64,000 nucleotides of DNA, taken from NCBI RefSeq assembly GCF_009914755.1, contig NC_060925.1; one strand, 5' to 3'. A program made the position numbers and the translations under genes. Below are positions 51,540-64,000 of the stretch, piece after piece (the stretch's first letter is position 1; each line of letters begins with the position of its first letter). A model generated the notes under the pieces. That model did no database searches. It was not told the origin of the DNA and was given only the letters and a program-made list of their open reading frames with translations. Origin of the DNA: the human T2T-CHM13v2.0 reference genome, Homo sapiens.

Positions 51540-52725
51540 TTACCTGGGGTCCACCCTCAAAGATACACGCACAGAATTCATGGGGTGCTTGAACTTGGAT
51601 GAGGGGGTGGAAATTACATCTTTATTTTCAATAACTTCTACTTGAAATTTAGCGTTTCCATTATGAACATAGTCAACAAGCCATCACATTGTTATGACTT
51701 TATGACTCTGTCCCCAACAGAAATTCCAGATATTTTCCTATCACACGAGAATTGTTACAGAGATCTCCAGATATCTCCAGATATTTCTCAGTACTTTTGA
51801 ATTAAGGCACTGACCCAACCTGCTGCCATTTGATGTCAAAGAAAAAAGTGCTTACAGCCAGGCGTGGTGGCTCACACCTGTAATCCCAGCATTTTAGGAG
51901 GCCGAGGCAGGTGGATCACCTGAGGTCAGGAGTTCCAGACCACCCTGGCCAACATGGTGAAACCCCGTCTCTATTAAAAACACAAAAATTAGCTGGGCAT
52001 GGTAGCACACGCCTGTAATCCCAGCTACTCGGGAGGCTGAGGCAGGAGAATCGCTCGAACCCAGGAGGCGGAGGTTGCAGTGAGCATTGTGAAGGGAATG
52101 AAGATACCTCACATCCCAAAACGGAAACCCAGGGGATGGACCAGTGTTTGCAGAGGAAGTTCCAGCCCTCTCTCTACTCCCATTCCTTGGGCAGCTCCCA
52201 CCATGTCTGGGTCTTCCCTCTGCCTCTGTTGAAGCCCCTAAATGTGGACCCCAGGGCAACTGTGAGACCCAAGGGGACCCCTGAACACTAGAGGGTGGCA
52301 GTAGGACTCCTTTGTGCCCCCCAACAATGTACGTGAGCCTGCAGATCTGGAACAGTGGGGAACGTGCGCCTCAGTATGCACCCCCGCCTCCATCTATGAA
52401 CATGCAACTAGCTCACTCTCACCAGACAGCTGCAAGAGAGCAGGGATTCCTAAACCCTGGATGGAGTCAGAGTGACAGTCACATACTTCACTCCCGAGAG
52501 AAACTTCTGGGCCTTGTAAATCCTGTAGTCTAGCAAAATGTCCCCCTGTACTGAGATCACTCATAGGTCATGGGAGATCCTCTGGAAAACACGGAAGCTC
52601 TCTGACATCACCATGTAATGATTCTTTTTCTCTTTCTCATGAGTGCTGATGGGTAAATAATGGTAGCTAATATTGACTGAGAACTTTTGATGTGCCAAGC
52701 ACATAAAAAAAAAAAAACTTATTTA

Positions 52726-53010
<285 letters not shown>

Positions 53011-53092
53011 TCAAAAATAGATAGATAAATAAATAAATAAAATTATTTTTGTATTTTTATTATTATCTCTTTAATTTTTTATCAAAAGTCCC

Positions 53093-53444
53093 TGTATTAG
53101 TCCGCTTTCAGGCTGCTAATAAAGATATACCCAAGACCGTGCAACTTACAAAAGAAAGAGGTTTAATGGACTTACAGTTCCACATGGCTGGGGAGGCCTC
53201 ACAATCACAGTGGAAGGTGAAAGGCATGTCTCATATGGTGGCAGACAAGAGAAGAGAGCTTGTCTGCAGGGAAACTGCAGGGAAACTCGCCTTTTTAAAA
53301 CCATCAGATCTCGTGAGACTTACTATCACGAGAACAGCATGGGAAGACCTGCCCCCACGATTCAATTACCTCCCACCAGGTCCCTCCCACAACACATGGG
53401 AATTCAAGATGAGATTTGGGTGGGGACACAGCCAAACCATATCA
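53093..53444 (-). mobile_element. THE1-type MaLR solo LTR
   Basis: TG...CA termini (tgtattagtcc...ccaaaccatatca); 5-bp TSD GTCCC at 53088-53092 and 53445-53449. Confidence 0.9.
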
Positions 53445-53766
53445 GTCCCTTACTGGTCCTACTTCCATGAGTGGCCATGACCAGGGGAAAAGGGAGAGGG
53501 ACCAGCCAGCAAGGGGAGGGACCATCTCACAACATTCCATTTATACACAGACCAGTATCAAGTTACTATTGTGGTTAGGAGTTGGGAGCACGGGTAGTAG
53601 CGGTGTTGTTAAAAAAAAAATACAGCCCCTCCCCCAAACTGGGGTACCTGGGGACAATTTAGTCTGCTTCAACCCAAGAGGAAACAGATCAAAATTGGTT
53701 TGGGGCTGGATGCAGTGGCTCATGTCTATAATCCCAGCACATTGGGAGGTTGAAGTGGGAGGATCA

Positions 53767-53988
<222 letters not shown>

Positions 53989-54300
53989 TTAAAATAAAAA
54001 AAAAAGTGGTTTGGGAAGGCCAGAAACATCAGGAATGGAGGGAGGAAGAAAATCCAGGTGCTGGGAAGGCCCTGGGGCGGCAGGCTCTTTGGAAGGCATT
54101 GCCTTCCCCATGCTGGGATCCCCCCAGCACTTCAGGTTTGGCAGGAAGGGGGCAGCCTGCAACCCCCAAGGGCAGGTCTGGGGCTGCCAGATGTTCCAGG
54201 CATGGGGCTGTAGGGGACTCACAAGGCGTGCCCTCCAGGGAGATGACAGCGCCGCTCCCAGCTTCTCGCCCGGTCTGCCATGGTCCTTGACCTCTTGTAG

Positions 54301-54665
<365 letters not shown>

Positions 54666-55376
54666 TGATGGCATCCTTAGAGCTGGCATAGATCATTTTG
54701 CCCTTAAGGGGTACAGACTCAGGGGCCCAGAAGATAAATACCAGGTCCTCCTTGCTCTCCTTGGACCCATAGGTTGCGTCACCTCAGAGGACACAGCAGC
54801 AGTCTTTGTCTGGCAGCATCTTGGCAAAGGTGGTGTAGGGGTTGTCAACGGTCCAGCCCATGTCATCCACCAGGGTCTCCTCGCCCTCCTCCAGGGCGAT
54901 GTTCTTCTCACCCTCACTCAGGCAGAAGAGCAGCACCATTTTCTTGCGCTTCTTCACCTCCTCTGGCGTCGAAGATTTGCCCACTGTCATGTCAGTGAAC
55001 ACCTTGATGACACCATCAGAGATAGCCACACCAGAGGCCATGTTTTCAGAAATGAAAAGGAGATAGCAGCCAGGTGCTGTGGCTCACGTCTGTAATCCCA
55101 GGTTTGGGAGGCCAAGGCAGGAGGATTGCTTGAGCCCAGAAGTTTGAGACCAGCCCAGGCAATATGGCAAGACCTGGTCTCTACAAAAAATTTAAAAAAA
55201 AAATTAGTCTGGCATGGTGGCATGTAACTGTAGGCCCAGCAACTTGGGAGGCTGAGAGGGGAGGATTGCTTGAGTCCAGGAGATCGAGGTTGCAGTGAGC
55301 CATGTTCACACCACTGCACTCCAGTCTGAGCAACAGAGTGAGCCTATGTCTTGAAAACAACAGCAAAGAAAGAAAA

Positions 55377-55440
55377 GGAAGGAAGGAAGGAAGGAAGGAA
55401 GGAAGGAAGGAAGGAAGGAAGGAAGGAAGGAAGGAAGGAA
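55377..55440. repeat. Pure (GGAA)16 microsatellite
   Basis: Direct count; followed by (AAGCC)n. Confidence 0.97.
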
Positions 55441-56761
55441 AGCAAAGCCAAGCCAAGCCAAGCCAGGCATAATGGCTCATGCCTGTAATCCCAGCACTTT
55501 AAGGGAGGCAGAGGTGGGTGGATCACTTGAGGTCAGGAGTTTGAGACCAGCCTGGACAACATGGCGAAACCCCATCTCTACTAAAAATACAAAAATTAGC
55601 CTGATGTGGTGGAACATGTTTGTAATCTCAGCTACTCAGGAGTCTGAGGCATAAGAATCAGTTGAACCTGGGAGGCTGAGGTTGCAGTGAGCCAAGATTG
55701 CACCACTGGACTCCAGCCTGTGCAACAGAGTGAGACTTCGTGGGGAGGGGAGGGGAGGGGAAGGAAAAGAAAAGGAGATGGCAAGGAGAGCCAGAGAAGA
55801 GGAGAGCTGCTGTGGCTGCTGCCAGGGTCTGACTGAACCAAGCACTTTAATTGTCCCCATAATCCTATGATATGAGGTCCATACTCTTACTACCCCCATT
55901 TTACAGAGGAGGAAATAGAGCCCTAGAGCTGTCAGTGATTTGGGAGAAGTCTCAAGTCTGGTGGGTGACTTGAACTTGGCCCCACGTGGTCTGGATGAGG
56001 CAAGTTACACCAAGACCTATGTGTCTCTTTTCTAGAACATGTGCCTCAAGTTGCAGCAGAGGGAGGCACGTATGGAAATGTCTGCAAACTTCTTTGTTAA
56101 AATGTTTTTTCACCTTGTTTAGAAAACATACTAGTTTGATTTAAAGAAGCAAATCAACAGTTAAGAGCTCAGATTCCAGAAATATTCAAACTCGGGAGAT
56201 ATCGGAGAAATGCAAACAAAGATGGCGTTATGAGAGAGCATTTTACACTCATCAGAAAGGCAAAAATTAGGAAGGTGGGAATGAGACAGGTGGAGGATTG
56301 GCCAAGCTGTGCAGACAGGCAGGAGAGCAAGGAGCTAAGAGCCCAGGTGCCATAGCCAGTCTGGGGTGGATCTCAAAGCCCATCCTGGCGCTTCTGAGCT
56401 GGTTTCCTTACCTGAAAAATGGAGACAATGTTATAAAATTATTGTGAGGATTCAAACAACCATTGACATCAAGTGCTGGGAATGGAGTCTATGCTGAATA
56501 AGGGATCTGAACCCAGCACCGGCCACTATAAGCTCCCAGAGGGAAAGGACTTTTCTCGGCTCCTTTGCTGTATCCTCAGTGCCTAGAATAACTGAGCACA
56601 GGGACAATCTTCAGGGGAACCAGCAAGTAAACTATGGTAGAGTCGTACTATACACTATCCCATACACTGCAGCAGTTAGAAGCAATCACCTGGCGCCAGG
56701 ATTGGTGAACTTTTCCATTAAAAAATAGATAGCACTTTGAGAGGCCGAGGCAGGCAGATCA

Positions 56762-56968
<207 letters not shown>

Positions 56969-57007
56969 TTAGCCGGGCGTGGTGGCGCACGCCTGTAATC
57001 CCAGCTA

Positions 57008-57455
<448 letters not shown>

Positions 57456-57904
57456 CTACAAAAATTACAAAAATTAGCCAGGTATGGTGGTGTACACCTG
57501 TAGTTTCAGCTACCTGGGAGGCTGAAGTGGGAGGATAACCTGAGCCCGGAAAGGTCAAAGCTACAGTGAGCTGTGATCACACCGCTGCACTCCAGCCTGG
57601 GTGACAGAGGGAGACCCTGTCTCAGAAAAATAAATAAATAAAATAAAATGACCAATCTGCTTTAAAAAAAATCGTTATTTTATTTTTATTTATTTATTTA
57701 TTTTGAGACGGAGTCTCGCTCTGTCGCCAGGCTGGAGTGCAGTGCAACCTCCAACTCTCTGCAACCTCCGACTCCCTGGTTCAAGCTATTCTCATGCCTC
57801 AGCCTCCCAAGTAGCTGGGATTACAGGCACACGCCACCATGCCCAGCTAATTTTTGTATTTTTAGTAGAGACGGGGTTTCACCATGTTGGCCAGGCTGGT
57901 CTCA

Positions 57905-58288
<384 letters not shown>

Positions 58289-58651
58289 TAATAGAGACGG
58301 GTTTCACCATGTTGGCCAAGCTGGTCTTGAATTCCTGGCTTCAAGTGATCCTACCACCTTGGCCTCCCAAAGTTCTGGGATTACAAGTGTGAGCCACCAT
58401 GCCAGGCCTCCATGTCATTTTAATGTGTCACAAAATATGATTCTTCTTTTGATTTTTTACCCCAGTCATTTAAAAATTAGCTTGCTGACTGTACAGAAAC
58501 TGCCATGCCCCAGATTTGGCCTATGGGCTATAGTTTGCTGAGTCCTATTCTAGGGCTACAACCCAGAGAAATTTTGTTTTTTTTTTTTCTGAGACAGCAT
58601 CTTGCTCTGTCGCCCAGGCTGAAATACAGTGACACTGTCAAAGCTCACTGA

Positions 58652-59179
<528 letters not shown>

Positions 59180-59250
59180 TAGCCAACAAATTCTTTTTTT
59201 TTTGAGTCGGAGTCTCGCTCTGTCAGGCTCCCACCACCATGCCTGGCTAA

Positions 59251-59394
<144 letters not shown>

Positions 59395-59837
59395 TAAAAT
59401 ACAACAAGCAAAGCCAGTGATCTTGGGCAGAATGAGGGTTAGAGAGAGATAATCATGCATCCTTGCTTTCCAGAGACAGATAGTTGACCCCAAGTTGTCC
59501 CAGTAATTAATAGCCTCTCTGTCACTCTCAAAAATCCCAGATTGAATTTCCTCCCCGGCCCCAGTTAAACCATCATTCTATTTATATAAATTAAACACAT
59601 ACGTTCCCTAGAGTATCCCCAACCTCTAGAGCACTGGTCAGTAATTTTCTTTTTTCTGTAAAGGGCCAGACAGTCAGTATTTTCAGCTTTGTGCCATACA
59701 ATCTCTGCTGTAACTACTCAATTCTGCCAATGTGGCGTGAAAGCAACCAGAGATGTACATAAAAAATGAGCGTGGGCCCAGTGCGGTGGCTCACATCTGT
59801 AATCCTAGCACTTTGGGAGGCCAAGGCAGGTGGATCA

Positions 59838-60708
<871 letters not shown>

Positions 60709-60898
60709 TTATACAGACACATGCAGATTCAAAGACAGATGAACACCCTAGTGAGGGCCTAGGAGGGGGAGGGGAGAGGGACTAGGGGTTGGGAGTAACT
60801 GGAGAAAATAATGAAATAGGTCAGGCGCAGTGGCACATGCCTAGAATCCCAGCACTTTGGGAGGCCAAGGCAGGAGGATTGCTTGAGCCCAGGAGTTA

Positions 60899-61096
<198 letters not shown>

Positions 61097-61444
61097 TCAA
61101 AAACAAAAAGAAAATAATGAAATAAAATAAGCCAGGCTTTGCCCAGGCTGAGGAGGGTGGTGGGCCATGAACTGATGAGGGCAATAAACTCCACTCTGCT
61201 CCTAAGGCCCAGAAAGGAAAATGAAAGTGAGACCTCCAGGGACAGAAAACCTAAATTTTAAATTCTTTTTTCATTTTTTTTAAGGCAGGGTCTCGAACTG
61301 TCATCCAGGCTGGAGGTGGCACCATCATGGCTCACTGCAGCCTTGACCTCCTGGGCTCAAGCAATCCTCCTGCTTCAGCCTCCTGAGTTGCTTGGATCAC
61401 AGGCAGATGCCACGACGCCCAGCTAATTTTTAAATTTTTTGTAG

Positions 61445-61606
<162 letters not shown>

Positions 61607-62350
61607 TAAGTTGAACCTCTAGAAGGTTCTTTGTAAAATAGGACTAAATATGGTACCTACTTCATAGGCCCGTTAGGGATTAAAGGAATCTATACAGATA
61701 ATGTGTTCAGAACAGTGTCTGGCATTTAGTAACTGGTGTTACAATGTTGTGGTTGTTTTCTATAAAGAACAGAGAGCAAATTGTCCCCCAGGTTCCAAAT
61801 AAGGAGATGGATTAGAGGTGATTAGGAGCGTGGGCTCTAGAACCAAGGACCTCAGCTTTGCCACAGACTGGCTATGTGACTCTGGCCAAGTTACTTGGCC
61901 TTTCTGTGCCTCAGTTTCCTCAGAGAAGGTCAATAGTAGTAGTACTTGGTAAATAGAGTTGAGGTAAGAATTAAATTTGCCAACTCTGAGCCTGGTATAT
62001 AAATGCTCAAATAAATTATTATGTTATCACTTTGGTCGCACAATTTCTGCCCAAGGGGAAATAATAAAAGGAGTCAAAACAACAATCTCCTGTGAAATAT
62101 TCCAACAGGTCCAAGGAGTTGGGCTATGGATTTTGGACAAAGAGAAGAGAGCCTCTAATGTGAAAGGAAGACCCCAATGTGCCAGGCACGGTGGCTCACG
62201 CCTGTAATCTCAACATTCTGGGAGGCTGATGCAGATGCATTACCTGAGGCCAGGAGTTTGAGACCTGCCTGGCCAACATGGTGAAACCCTGACTCTACTA
62301 CAAACACAAAAATTAGCCAGGCGTGGTGGTGGGCAGCTGCAGTGCAGCTA

Positions 62351-64000
<1,650 letters not shown>

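Overview
Human (primate) Alu-rich euchromatin, recognisable as 1p36.22. The window holds the complete minus-strand gene CIROZ (C1orf127), rebuilt by hand: 12 coding exons (ATG at 45262, stop at 8984) in consistent phase give 823 aa, made of a signal peptide, a Cys-containing ZP-N-like region and a long Pro/Ser/Thr-rich tail. A probable non-coding terminal exon lies at about 7785-8062. Upstream are a full-length processed cofilin-1 pseudogene fragmented by later insertions, a Y1 RNA retrocopy, LTRs (THE1, MLT1, MER52, MER77-like), DNA transposons, MIR and L1 fragments, dozens of Alus and several microsatellites. The most notable unexplained structures are: (1) a ~205-bp inverted duplication pairing the terminal exon and its 3' splice site with the start of the last intron; (2) unusual splice signals (GC-AG intron with a NAGNAG acceptor, an alternative exon-7 donor mutually exclusive with exon 8, a candidate 16-nt poison microexon, a branch point duplicated by an Alu TSD); (3) a cluster of GGAA microsatellites in the region I recall as the Ewing sarcoma 1p36.22 risk locus; (4) an RFX X-box-like element just upstream of the ATG. 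Repeat family names come from visual recognition only and were not computed.
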